The position numbers were made by a program, and so were the translations under genes. From Tetramitus jugosus (lineage: Eukaryota > Protista > Heterolobosea), in NCBI GenBank assembly GCA_937625935.1, contig OW569361.1, positions 124,001-188,000 of the forward strand: a stretch of 64,000 nt of DNA, in the 5' to 3' direction. This document shows positions 1 through 11,228 of this stretch, one piece after another (within the stretch, counting starts at the first letter, position 1; every line of letters begins with the position of its first letter). Under the pieces are notes generated by a model. It was not told the DNA's origin and did not search any database. It worked only from the letters and a program-made list of their open reading frames with translations.

Positions 1-1312
1 TGCCTTCACCATAAATAAACTTAGCCAAGGCATCAGCAATCAATTTGATATTTTGTTCCACAATTGTCTGATTCACAGTCAAATCAAAAGTACTCGTTCT
101 TAATCTCTGTGGTGTCGATTTCAACACACTGGACACGGTGGCTGCATGAATCTTCTTTCTGGCAAAGATTTCGTGCTCCCACGATGCTTCCTTGCCTGCT
201 GCAAGAGCCTTTTGAGAGAATTGCAGCGGAACATTCATGTTCTTTGCACTTGAGCTAAACTCCTTGAACAGACGCACAACATTCTCGTCGTTTGTCTTTT
301 GAGTGATATGAATGTTGAGCTTTGAGCCAGCAATGTTCTCCAAGCACAACACAAACAACAGGTTGTTTCTAATGGAAGGACTCAGATTCTTGAGCCAATT
401 TCTGGATCCTTCATAGCCCAATCGACCAGCACTCGTCAACACAAAAATCAAATCATAACTACCTCTTGTAGAAGCAGTAGAGTACAGTCCCTTGAACACT
501 CTGGCCAATTCCAACAGACCGACCACTGAGCTCGCAGTAGATGCCATTCCTCGAGTGACTTCTGGTGCAGCAGCCAATGTATCATAGTTTGCTACAACGG
601 CAACCGTCAGTCTTTCTTGATGATTGCTCGTGGAAGCCTTTCTTGATGAAGCACTCTTTCCGTTTAAGGTACCATAGAGATTGACCAATTTGACACCAGC
701 TGCCAATGCAGTAGCCTCCTTTTCGTTGACAGTCAATTGAAGATTGTCATCACCTAGAGTCACACGATTCAACAACTGTTCTAGCTCTGATTCACTCTGA
801 ACAAAGTAAATTGGCTTTTCAATCGATCTTGTCAGAATAAAAAGCTCCAGCTCTTTCAGAGCGGCAAGGTTTTTCTCCGCTAATTCTACGGTTTCATCCA
901 TTTTGGCGGGAAAAACAATAATGAGCGCCAACCATTGCGCATTACGATTTGAATGCGACAAAAAATGATCCAACACGATCGAAGTGCTTGAATTTTTGAG
1001 AGAGGCCAACAATGCCTCCAAATGAATCACCAAAACACTTCTCTGAGTAGGCAACGGCAGAGAAGATGAATTGTTGTTGATGAGGTCATTGATCGTTTGA
1101 GTAGAAATGGTGGAAATGGGCAGTGCATTGTTGATGCCAGTTCTTCTGACACCCAACTCCAATCGATTCAATGTTCGATCGTATTGAAGGCCACGATAGA
1201 CTTTGAAGGATTGGTGGGAATGGACTAGTGAGAAGACACAACAAAATACAACGAGTACGAGTGTAATGAGCGCACGTCGACGAGTCAAAATTGTTGTTGT
1301 TGATTGTAGCAT
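1..1312 (-). CDS. NCLN: Nicalin (nicastrin-like, M28 peptidase-fold ER protein); 3' part runs off the window
   Basis: Absent from the ORF track; translated by hand from ATG 1312. Signal-like N-terminus, then VYRGLQYD, VAVVANYDTLAAAP, LLELARVFKGLY, LIFVLTSAGRFGYEGSRNWL and SWEHEIF, matching nicalin motifs. Confidence 0.85.
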   Translation of the reverse strand, partial: MLQSTTTILTRRRALITLVLVVFCCVFSLVHSHQSFKVYRGLQYDRTLNRLELGVRRTGINNALPISTISTQTINDLINNNSSSLPLPTQRSVLVIHLEALLASLKNSSTSIVLDHFLSHSNRNAQWLALIIVFPAKMDETVELAEKNLAALKELELFILTRSIEKPIYFVQSESELEQLLNRVTLGDDNLQLTVNEKEATALAAGVKLVNLYGTLNGKSASSRKASTSNHQERLTVAVVANYDTLAAAPEVTRGMASTASSVVGLLELARVFKGLYSTASTRGSYDLIFVLTSAGRLGYEGSRNWLKNLSPSIRNNLLFVLCLENIAGSKLNIHITQKTNDENVVRLFKEFSSSAKNMNVPLQFSQKALAAGKEASWEHEIFARKKIHAATVSSVLKSTPQRLRTSTFDLTVNQTIVEQNIKLIADALAKFIYGEG

Positions 1313-1424
1313 GTCGTCTTGTTTATACCTTGTTTTTTGTTTGTGATCAAAAATTGTGAATTTGTCGCGTTTTCGGGGAAAAGGTGAAAATTCCGATTGG
1401 ATCATCTCCGATGTGTGAAGAGGC

Positions 1425-2729
1425 TTACTGACAGTATCTCTTCTCGACAGTCTTGACTATGCCAAAGGCAACGGTTTGCCTCATATCTCTGACAATGAAT
1501 CGACCTAGAGGTGGATATTCGGCATAGGATTCAACACACATGGCTTTTTGTGGTACAATCTTGACTAAACCAGAATCACCCTTCGCCAAGAATTCTGGGA
1601 GTTCTTCCTTGACCACCCCAGATCTCCTATCGATCTTGGATTGGATCTCAGAGAACTTGCAAGCAATATGGGCAGTATGACAAGTCACAACTGGAGTATA
1701 GCCATTTCTGATCTTAGTAGGATGGTTAATGACGATGATCTGAGCGACGAAAGATTCAGCTTGCTTCGCAGGGTCTCTGTTCGAGTCAGAGCAAACGTAA
1801 CCTCTTTTGATATCATCAACGGTCAAATTCTTAGTGTTGAAACAAACGAAGTCACCAGGTTCTGCCTCAGTTATTGGATTGTGAAACATTTCCAGGTACC
1901 TGATTTCTGTAGTGTGGTTGTCTGGAGCGAAGGTAACGCTCATTCCAACCTTAATGACACCAGTCTCGACTCTTCCGACTGGAATAGTACCAATACCACC
2001 AATCTTGTAAACATCTTGCAGTGGTAATCTCAATGGCTTGTCAGTTGGTTTCTTCGGTGGGACAATATTCTCCAAAGCTTCAAGGAGACATGGCCCCTCG
2101 TACCATGGCATTTTGTCGGTAGCCTTCTCAATCATGTTGTCACCAGTCCATCCAGAAATTGGAACAAAGGGAACCTCTTTTGGATTGTAACCAACCTTCT
2201 TTAAGTAGGAAGCGACTTCCTTCACAATTCCGTCGTATCTTTCTTGTCTATAGTTTACGGTCTTGTCGTCAAACTTGTTCAAACAAACAATCAATTGTCT
2301 GACACCAAGTGTTTGAGCCAACAAGGCGTGCTCTCTGGTTTGTCCATCCTTGGACATACCAGCTTCGAAACCATCGGTGCTGGAATCAATCATCAAGATG
2401 GCAGCATCTGCTTGAGAGGTACCCGTTATCATGTTCTTGATGAAATCTCTGTGACCTGGAGCATCAATGATGGTGAATTGGTACTTGGCAGTTTGGAACC
2501 GACACAAGGAGACATCGATAGTGATACCTCTTTCCTTTTCAGCCTTCAACTTGTCCATGACCCAAGCATACTTGAAGGATCCCCTACCCATTTCAGCAGC
2601 TTCCTTCTCATATTTTTCAATGGTGCTCCGATCTATACCGCCACACTTGTAGATCAAGTGCCCAGTAGTGGTCGATTTGCCAGAATCGACGTGGCCTATG
2701 ACGACTAGATTTATGTGTTTCTTATCCAT
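1425..2729 (-). CDS. EEF1A: Elongation factor 1-alpha, divergent paralog
   Basis: [50 protein letters not shown] and YPPLGRF motifs; several normally invariant residues are changed. Confidence 0.95.
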   Translation of the reverse strand: MDKKHINLVVIGHVDSGKSTTTGHLIYKCGGIDRSTIEKYEKEAAEMGRGSFKYAWVMDKLKAEKERGITIDVSLCRFQTAKYQFTIIDAPGHRDFIKNMITGTSQADAAILMIDSSTDGFEAGMSKDGQTREHALLAQTLGVRQLIVCLNKFDDKTVNYRQERYDGIVKEVASYLKKVGYNPKEVPFVPISGWTGDNMIEKATDKMPWYEGPCLLEALENIVPPKKPTDKPLRLPLQDVYKIGGIGTIPVGRVETGVIKVGMSVTFAPDNHTTEIRYLEMFHNPITEAEPGDFVCFNTKNLTVDDIKRGYVCSDSNRDPAKQAESFVAQIIVINHPTKIRNGYTPVVTCHTAHIACKFSEIQSKIDRRSGVVKEELPEFLAKGDSGLVKIVPQKAMCVESYAEYPPLGRFIVRDMRQTVAFGIVKTVEKRYCQ

Positions 2730-2919
2730 TGTTATTGATTCTTGCTGTTTTGGTTTCTATGGCATGTGTTCGAACTCTCTGGAACTGGAGGTCTGCCACA
2801 AAATGCTGTGTGAAAAAGGAGTGCCAAATTGTATATGCACATCCGAATTCTCCAATGCCGAGTCGGTATAATGGTATAGAGTCATTTATTACAATAAATA
2901 GGTAGGTTTTGTCCACAGC

Positions 2920-5900
2920 TCATAAAGAATTAGTGGGCAGGTTCTGGTCAGTGTTTGTTGTTGTATCTAAAGAGCCAGAGATCTCTCCAGATTGGTGATG
3001 AGGGAGGTTCTCTGAGATCTGCCAATTTGAGTTCCTTCCGACTGTGTACACTTCGTTCAATAGTTGCTCAAACTCGCCCTTTTCCACATACTCCAAGTAT
3101 CTGTGGTACACTTTCAATGCTGTTTGGGCATCTTCAATACTGCAATGTGTTTCTTGCTGTATGTCAGAGTGTAAAAGGAAATTGGCCAAGAACCGCAGGG
3201 ATATTTTACGTTGCCTCGGTAACTGGAATAGTTCCACAGTGTCAATAATCTGAGAACGAGGCACGTGAATATTGATCGTCCGAAAATCATTCTGCAGTCC
3301 ATGACCAACAAAAATGACGCCACGATCCACCAAGGCTCTAAGTTTCATGTATGTCGCCTTCAGGTGAGTTATGTGGTGCGGCGATGTTTCTATATCCAGG
3401 TCACCCTTCTTCAAACCGGAATAGCGTGTCATATAATCGTGAACCACTTCGGACTGTGTGGCAATGAAATCATCGATAAAGGTCTCATAAGTCTTATCCA
3501 AGATTACGCTGACTCGACCGAGACTGAACATGGGTTGAGCGATATACTCTCGAATTGTGGCTCGAGAGTCTTCCTGTTCTGATACAGTTTTTTGGTGCTT
3601 CAGTTTCTCAGTTTCTAGCACTACAAATTCGGCATCAATTGACAAAATATCGCCTTGCGAGGGTATCCTCTTCTCTGTGGCATGATTTATGCTCTCTTCA
3701 GAAATGTTATTATGTTCTCGTTTAATGGCCATAAAGTCATCTCTGAACACTATATCAGGATTGATAGGATTCTTAAACTCAACAGACTTGGATAAAATAC
3801 GTTCAGAATCTTCTCGGACATAAAATAATATACAAGGAGTTTTCCAACTTTGACTAAAGTCAAATGCAGACTCATGTCGAGTGATGTTGAAATCATTAAA
3901 CAGATACCACTCTAATTCGTGCTTATCGTTTGGTATTCTCACGAACGATACACAGTGGTTTCGATCATCAGAGTGTTGATGCTTATATGGGTGCTTGATT
4001 TCAACGATGACAGCTCGCAAAACATATGTTATGTGTCTATTATCAGGATCCTTTTTCTTGTTTGCCTTACGTTTTGCACCAGTTGTTCCATCAGCTATAT
4101 CATAAGTGACATCTTCTACCTTCCATATCACATCATCATCTCCGCTTGTTCTCACAGTGAACTTGGCAGGTAGAGAAACTCTAGAATTTGCTTTGAAGTG
4201 TTGTTCATCATTCGGATCAAAACTGCTGCGTCTAATATGTTGCATTCTCAACCACCGAATATCATCCTGACTCATATTGAAGTTCAAATTGAGAATATTT
4301 GGCATATTTGTAAGCGTTTTTGGTTTTGACAAGTGGTCCAAGTTCAAAGCATTCATCACAATCTCTCCAAATGTAGTGTTCGTCGTTGATCCTGAAAGTT
4401 GAAGCGAATGATTGAAAACGATTTGGTAACCCTCTGTGTAGGAATTAGTGTCTGGATCCACGTTGGCTACTGCAGAACCGAACATTGCATCGATAATACC
4501 TCTGCTTCTGTACGATTTTGTTTTGTGAGAACCATTTCTTCTATTCGTTTGGTTGTTGGTCACTGTCGTAATACCTGATAGATTTAAGTTTGTCATTGCT
4601 GGATGCTTCGAAGATAGCATTACAGTCGAAGGGAATGAAAGAGCACACTGATACACATCGTTCTTCAACTCCTCATGAAGGTGCGACCAAATAAATTGGT
4701 TGAAAATAATTGCTCGTTGTCCAGCAGATAAAGAGGAGTCATTCATCGACGGTAGGACATTCTCAGCATATAATCTCTTTAATGCGCGCAGGAAATTGCC
4801 TGGGATAGCCGTTCGTATATCTTCTACACTCTGATATTTATGAATTTGATCCATCATATAAAACAAAAATCCAAGCTCACAAGCGAGACAAACTGGTCGA
4901 TCACACGTATGATTCATCACAGCTGTCTTCAGATCCTTGTTTAGATGATACATTACCTGAATAAATGAATTGACATAGTTGCAATGCTCAAGCTGATTAT
5001 CCAATCCAATCATATTGGTTTTGTTGTACTTGTTGTAGTTAAACTCCTTGTATCCTCTATTCTTCAACACCAAATTAACTTCAATATGATCATAATCTCG
5101 TGGTATTACATTCAACTCTCCATTTCTCTTCGAACTGGCTTTTCGATCAACAGTCATATAATTCATAAAGGTCTTGCGCTCCAAATATCCATCCTGTGGT
5201 CGCCTCAATCCGGGGTTCAGCGCAATTCCATATGTGCTGCCTGATTCAGGATCAGTCACCGTGTGCAAATTAGCATATATTTGAGGATGGATCTCTGGAG
5301 GATGCTGTCCGCAGAGTGTTGTATAAGACGATGGCCAATCTGATAATAAATTGAGACCGTCAGGCATATCTGGATCTTCGTCTCGAATCACAGGATGCAA
5401 GTTCAAGCAAGATGTATTGTGACCATGTTCTTGCTTGCTGCGCTGTGCAAACACATGCACCTTCCCACCACTATCTCCAAACATCATCACTTCACCACTG
5501 GAAGAAAGACCAAAGGTTTCAATTACTTCTCCTTGCGTTTCGACAGAATATAGAGTATTGTCAGAAGAACTGTATTCAATTCCAGGTGAAGTTGTAACTT
5601 CTGATTGTACGTCTCGATACTGTATATAACCACTCTGAGAGACGATAGCCAGCAGAGAGCTAAACATGGGATGAAATCGTAAAAATGCAGGTCCAGCCGG
5701 AAAATGAATCTGTCCCAGCATTCTCATGGTTCTCATATCAAATGCCTTCACTACAGTATCCACAAAATATTCTCCATACCGGTTAGCGAAACCACATGTC
5801 ACCAGCAAATCACCCTTCACTTCCAAATCGGAAACAGAGCCCGTATGAACATCGAACGAATGCTCCAGACTGAGTGTTCTTGGATCTCGCAACGCAAGTT

Positions 5901-6836
5901 CTCCATTAATGCCACCAGATGCGATAAAACGACCTGCAGGTTTCAAAACACAAACACCCTGAGATATATCCACAGAGTCCACCAATTGACCTTGTTTCAA
6001 ATCAACTGAAAACAAAGAATTGATAGTTCCACCAAGAACCACCCTCTGAAACGATGGATAGTTCACTGCTCCATACGCAGAAAATGTTGTTGCCTTCTGA
6101 TAGGTTGACACTCCACTGAACACCAACAGTTGATCATTGAAATCGGGATGAGAATAGGACCATTGTGGAATACCACCCTTGGAATGAACATGGAACGAAG
6201 AGGAAGATAATGACATGACATTGTCCTGCTGAATCAACAATTGTTTCACATCCATCGTTTCATCAAACGAACGAAAGGAACTGTAACGCTCGCCATCGGG
6301 ATACGAATATGATGTGACTCGACCCTGTAGTGTTCACACCACAAAAAACCAAAGACAGACACACACATACAAACACAATGAATCCATGTATCAACAAATC
6401 ACAACATGAAAAATGCATTGCATTCCAACCACACAATAAACGAATACAACAACAAACAACAACAAAAAAATGGAAGACATACGTTGGCATGACCCAACCA
6501 CAATAACTCATCAAACGGATCAACACTCAACGAACACACAGGAGTATCCAACTGAACCATTGTCCCGAGATTTAACCACTCTGATGACAGATCATCACTA
6601 TCATCATCATCAATATCACCACCACCATCATCAAGCACACTATTATTATTCAAATATGTATGATTCATATGATTGATCATGGGACTATGATGGAGAGCTT
6701 GTTGTTGTTGGGATTGATGATGATGATGATGGTGCTGTTGATATGAAGAAGGAGATGTAGAGATCAGTGGTGATACATTTGAAGAATGTTGTTGACGATT
6801 GAAATATGTAGCACCTCCACTCGTATAACGAGACAT
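2920..6836 (-). CDS. PAN2: PAN2 deadenylase catalytic subunit (WD40 + pseudo-UCH + DEDDh); exons 6836-6483 and 6324-2920
   Basis: WD40-like N-terminus, GLDNQLEHCNYVNSFIQ, SIDAEFV, GHGLQNDF and THCSIEDA. A GTATGT...CTACAG intron at 6482-6325 joins GHAN to GRVTSY in frame. Confidence 0.93.
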
Positions 6837-6957
6837 TGAGGTGAATAAGAAGTAAGCTTTTTTTTTTGTTCCACTTTGATTTCTGTCTTGTCCTGCGTCG
6901 GCGTTATAACACACAAAAATACTCAAGATTTCTGAGGAGAACCAACACAACGTGATC

Positions 6958-7902
6958 ATGTCTCACACACAAGCAAAAACAACCATTGAGATGCCTGCTT
7001 CACAAGAGCAGCAAGATGAAAAGACAAAGTTGTTGTTGGAACAAAGAGTGCATGAAATGACTCGTCAATCTCGCATCGTAGCTTTCATCAAGGGTGAAGC
7101 TTCGAGGCCTTACTGCAAATTCAGTAAACAGCTCGTTCAACAACTTGTTTCTCATGGAATCGTGTTTTCTCATGTCAATGTGAGAGACATGGATCAAGAG
7201 CTTTATGCCACTGTGAAAAAATTGGTCAATTTTCCCACTTTTCCCCAAGTTTACATTGACGGAGAGCTAGTCGGAGGATTAGACATTACAATGGAGTATT
7301 TGAATGATGGAACGTTGTTTCAGTTGATTGATGAAGCAGAGAGGAAGCATAATGTTGTTTTGCGCGATCATCACAATGAACAGATTGTTCAAGAAGCAGA
7401 GAATAATCAGTCGAGTTCATGGAGGATTCGAATTCGATTGAGCAATGGTACATTTGTCATGAAGGATTTCGAATCAGAGAATGGTGAACAGCCATCGTTT
7501 GAAAGCGTGTTTGCTTTTGCAGGTGAATCAGAGATGAAATTATTGAACAAGAGCGAGCTGGATTCGTTTGTGCTGTGTATGGCCTATCCGTTCAATGCGT
7601 TTGACTCGAGATCACTAGGTAAAACATTAGGCGAATTAGAGCTGAAAACTGATGTTGTGAACACATTGATGGTCTATTATCCACCAGTGGAGAGCACTAC
7701 TAATGAAGGGGCACCATCATCATCAACGAACGTCAACCAAGATCAAGTCACTGCAGCCAATGCCAAGGAAGCAGAAACTTCAACTGTTCAAAATCAGAAG
7801 AAGGAAAAAGCAGAGGAGATCAATAATAACAAGTGGCCTCTAGTAGTGTTTGGTGTGACTGCTCTTACACTTGTGGCTCTTCATTTATTCAGAAATAAAT
7901 AA
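6958..7902 (+). CDS. Monothiol glutaredoxin-like + UBX-like domain, C-terminal membrane anchor
   Basis: FIKG..PYCKFS...FPTFPQVYIDGELVGGLDI (Grx); RIRIRLSNG...MAYP...KTLGELEL (UBX-like); terminal hydrophobic helix followed by a basic tail. Confidence 0.8.
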   Translation: MSHTQAKTTIEMPASQEQQDEKTKLLLEQRVHEMTRQSRIVAFIKGEASRPYCKFSKQLVQQLVSHGIVFSHVNVRDMDQELYATVKKLVNFPTFPQVYIDGELVGGLDITMEYLNDGTLFQLIDEAERKHNVVLRDHHNEQIVQEAENNQSSSWRIRIRLSNGTFVMKDFESENGEQPSFESVFAFAGESEMKLLNKSELDSFVLCMAYPFNAFDSRSLGKTLGELELKTDVVNTLMVYYPPVESTTNEGAPSSSTNVNQDQVTAANAKEAETSTVQNQKKEKAEEINNNKWPLVVFGVTALTLVALHLFRNK

Positions 7903-7956
7903 GTACACTTTGACAGGTGATACACACGGATGATTCTGAATCCATTCATAAAGGGA

Positions 7957-9126
7957 TTAACTAGCGCTCGGGCTTGGTTGTGAGATCGGTTCTAGCTTAT
8001 TTGCTATTCTACTCTCAGGGAGTATTGATCGTTGGCGCGTCAATCTCCACTTTGATATCCATTGATAATACGTGGGTATGTGGTTGTCCCATCCAAACAA
8101 GGAACAATACATCATCCTATAGGCAACGATGGCAGTCAGTACACCCAACGCGAATCCCCAACCGACCTGATATGGATAATGAGAGAAATCCCTCACCCTG
8201 CTCAATGATATGTAAATGGGCATGAGCAACGGAGCGACCCAACATGCAATGAATTTCCAAATGTGTGATCCATTATCAAAAGGTTTCAACTTTGCATTCA
8301 AATACAATGCTATGAATACCCAACAAACTGCAGCTTGAGATGCATGACCCGAGGGCCAGCCAGGAGTATTGATTTCTAATCCTTGTTGACATATCTCTGA
8401 TGGATAGTAGTACGATTGCCCAGGTACCAATTTATCTTGTTGAATCTGGCACTTTGACAATAGGTCAGGTCTCAAATCACCAAAGTTCACCCAGAGGAAC
8501 GATTTCATAAATCCCTGAAGAAAGATTGCAAAGGCGAAACCGATTGCTGCATGATGGAAATCATGGAAGTTTCTCACAACTACTTGAAATAGAATGAGTA
8601 TAGCGGCACATATCACCACATTGTAAACCGTAGAGAGGGCATTGGAAACAATTTCAGGTTCATCAGGGTACTTTAGTGCGATATCATCAATGTGAAATGC
8701 CAGTTCTGGCTTCTCGGCAACGATAGCCATCACCGCATACAAAACAGCAATGAGAGTAATCATTGCATAGTTCAAGAGATATGCACTAATGATGGACTTG
8801 TATCCAAAGCCTTGAGTTCTTGGATAATTCAACAGAGACCGAGATTGATCATTCATATGATACACGGGCTTCCAATAAGACGCTCGATTCACTTCATCAT
8901 GCGTCGTATAACGATAGAACCATGCCTTCATTCTATGAACGAAATTGGATTTCATTGGAGAAGAATTTTGATCCACTGGTGGAACACTTTCAGTTGAGTT
9001 AGTGACTTGTTGGTTTGTATCATTCTCTTCCACATCGATTGTTGTGCTCCCATAATGGGTGTTGTCAGCCGGTTGACTCATGATCAGTATTCTTTGATGA
9101 TTGTTCGTAGGATTGTTATAAAACAT
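7957..9126 (-). CDS. PAP2 / lipid phosphate phosphatase family membrane protein
   Basis: GDLRPD, WPSGH and SRVRDFSH motifs; about 6 hydrophobic segments. Confidence 0.9.
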   Translation of the reverse strand: MFYNNPTNNHQRILIMSQPADNTHYGSTTIDVEENDTNQQVTNSTESVPPVDQNSSPMKSNFVHRMKAWFYRYTTHDEVNRASYWKPVYHMNDQSRSLLNYPRTQGFGYKSIISAYLLNYAMITLIAVLYAVMAIVAEKPELAFHIDDIALKYPDEPEIVSNALSTVYNVVICAAILILFQVVVRNFHDFHHAAIGFAFAIFLQGFMKSFLWVNFGDLRPDLLSKCQIQQDKLVPGQSYYYPSEICQQGLEINTPGWPSGHASQAAVCWVFIALYLNAKLKPFDNGSHIWKFIACWVAPLLMPIYISLSRVRDFSHYPYQVGWGFALGVLTAIVAYRMMYCSLFGWDNHIPTYYQWISKWRLTRQRSILPESRIANKLEPISQPSPSAS

Positions 9127-9480
9127 CTGTGATTGTAAGCCGCATTCTCTGCGCTTTTATACGGTACTACTTGGTTGTCACACCCTCCTATACGCCTATT
9201 TTTGACATGGCCCAACCCAAAAAAAACTTGGGGAAAAGAAATTTGAGTTCACATCCCAGCAGGGGAAGTAATTTTCTCCGCAGGATTTGAGAAAACTTTG
9301 GTACCGGCAAGTACTGAACCAAAACAAATGGTACCACTTGTCACATCTGAGAGTATGCCACACGGTACCGCCGCTCCACAACAATAAAAAGCACTCCACT
9401 ATGAAGAGTGGACCATCACAATCACTCAAACCAAAAACCAAAACCACAACCACTACTTTAACTCTGAGTTAACGCTAAAG

Positions 9481-9858
9481 ATGCAACAAGGACACTCTTA
9501 TCAACCACAACAACAACAAACTGGACATTTCATCCATCAGTACTGTACGCTTGATCTCCAAGGACGATTTGTGTTCAGGATCTGGAATGTACTACAACTA
9601 ACATGGATGGAGATTCCATTCTGGGCGTACATGCACCAGTTGGCTGGCTATTATACTGTCAAGAACACTACTGCTGCAATGTACCATCAACCACAACAGC
9701 AACAACCACCAGCAGCACAGACACAACCACAACAACATGTGAACCAGCAAGTTCAAGATGATGATCAATGGATTGATGATTTCTTTTTTGATGGTGGTGA
9801 AGGCATGAATGATGAAGATGATGATGATCTCAAGGAATACTTGAATAGTCTATTGTAA
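9481..9858 (+). CDS. Small hypothetical protein, Q-rich with acidic/aromatic C-terminus
   Basis: ATG-initiated 125-aa ORF filling the gap between the neighbouring genes; no recognised domain. Confidence 0.55.
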   Translation: MQQGHSYQPQQQQTGHFIHQYCTLDLQGRFVFRIWNVLQLTWMEIPFWAYMHQLAGYYTVKNTTAAMYHQPQQQQPPAAQTQPQQHVNQQVQDDDQWIDDFFFDGGEGMNDEDDDDLKEYLNSLL

Positions 9859-9899
9859 AAAACAAATGATACTCTCAATTTTTCATTGAAAAAATACAT

Positions 9900-11228
9900 T
9901 TACCAATCTCCATCCCTTACTTGATTCTTGTTGAGATGCAGTGATTTCACTTGTGATGCTGCGAGTTGAATGGATGTGTCATCTTGTTGTGGCCAAGCAT
10001 ACTTGTCCTTGTCCATTTGGCTCACTGATTTCACTTGATTGAGCACATTGGATTGATCAATGCTGTTTTGAGGGGTTTCATCGTACACGTCAAACCATGG
10101 ATATCCATATGAGGAGTAGGTTTGAGCTGTGATAGGTGTAGGTGGGGCCTTCATTCCAGTAATTTGCTCGTACATTTCACTATTGACAATTCTGATGTAG
10201 ATACGAGAGGAGGTTGTTTGATCCCAGAACGCCAATCCAAATTCATCCTTACTAATCTCTTGTTTCATGCTTCCACCGGCTGAGAGAGACATTTCCTTTG
10301 CTTCTTGTTTAGGTGCTGGTGCTTGATTGACTTGACTAACGCGTTTTCGCTGTGGTTGAGGTGCGATGCATGATTGCTGTTGTTGTTGCATTTGTGGTGC
10401 ACTAAAGATGCTGGCAGCTGGAGGTGGTACTGGGCTTGATGAATAGCTTGAAGATGATGGAGGTGGAGGCGGAGGACCGCCCATCATTAGAGGAGGAGGT
10501 GGAGGACCGCCCATCATTGGAGCAGGTGGTGGAGGACCTGGAGGAGGTGGACCTGACATTGAGGACGGAGAGGTTGGAGAGTAACTTGGAGAGATTGGAG
10601 AATAGCTTGCACTGGTAGGTGCGTATGGTGAATAGCCATAGACAGGCGGCGCAGATACTGGAGCTCGATGTGGGAACTTGCGCACTCGTTCGTCCTCCTT
10701 ACTATCGAAAACAATCATTTGAATTCCTCCAAATTTCTCCTCACCAGTCACCTGAGCCTCCACACTATAGCCAGATCCCAATGGCATGGCAACAAATTGT
10801 TTGATTGTGCCTTCGCCACCAGCATTGATTCCATCGAGCCAAGGCTGCTTTGGAATCGTAATGTAGTCATCCTTTTCCAAGGAATTGCTCCATGGCTTTC
10901 CATTGATGGCATTCACCTTTCCTACAGCAATTTTCATTGCCTTTGGTCTTTCACTGGGACACTGGAAAGCCATCCACATGGCTTCTCTCTGGTGCATTGG
11001 GAAGAACACACCACCAGTCTTCTTCCAGTCGGCTGGTACCTTGTCTAGGTAGTCATCTACTTTACAGAGTGGGAATTGACCGAGAGAGGGAGGCAGTGGA
11101 TAGACCTTGCCGTCATCCGGGATCCTGAGTGTTCTATGGAAGACGATAGAACAGGCGTTTTGAGGGTTGCCAATTTCTTTGATCTTTAGGTCGTTTCCTT
11201 CAACTTCAATTGTCAGTTGTTTGCTCAT
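9900..11228 (-). CDS. Conserved uncharacterised protein (family commonly labelled 'integral membrane protein' in actinobacteria/fungi) with a Pro/Ser-rich insert
   Basis: FHRTLRIPDDG.YPLPPSLG.FP, PMHQREAMW, QPWLDG, QFVAMPLGSGYSVEAQVTGEE..GGIQ, M.L.AGG...Q.I and YPWF blocks. Confidence 0.8.
   Translation of the reverse strand: MSKQLTIEVEGNDLKIKEIGNPQNACSIVFHRTLRIPDDGKVYPLPPSLGQFPLCKVDDYLDKVPADWKKTGGVFFPMHQREAMWMAFQCPSERPKAMKIAVGKVNAINGKPWSNSLEKDDYITIPKQPWLDGINAGGEGTIKQFVAMPLGSGYSVEAQVTGEEKFGGIQMIVFDSKEDERVRKFPHRAPVSAPPVYGYSPYAPTSASYSPISPSYSPTSPSSMSGPPPPGPPPPAPMMGGPPPPPLMMGGPPPPPPSSSSYSSSPVPPPAASIFSAPQMQQQQQSCIAPQPQRKRVSQVNQAPAPKQEAKEMSLSAGGSMKQEISKDEFGLAFWDQTTSSRIYIRIVNSEMYEQITGMKAPPTPITAQTYSSYGYPWFDVYDETPQNSIDQSNVLNQVKSVSQMDKDKYAWPQQDDTSIQLAASQVKSLHLNKNQVRDGDW

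Noticed and set aside
1641-2708. Antisense ORFs over EF1A (also 56925-57419 over RPL10A and many others)
   Set aside because: Shadow ORFs caused by codon bias of the sense gene; no independent motifs.
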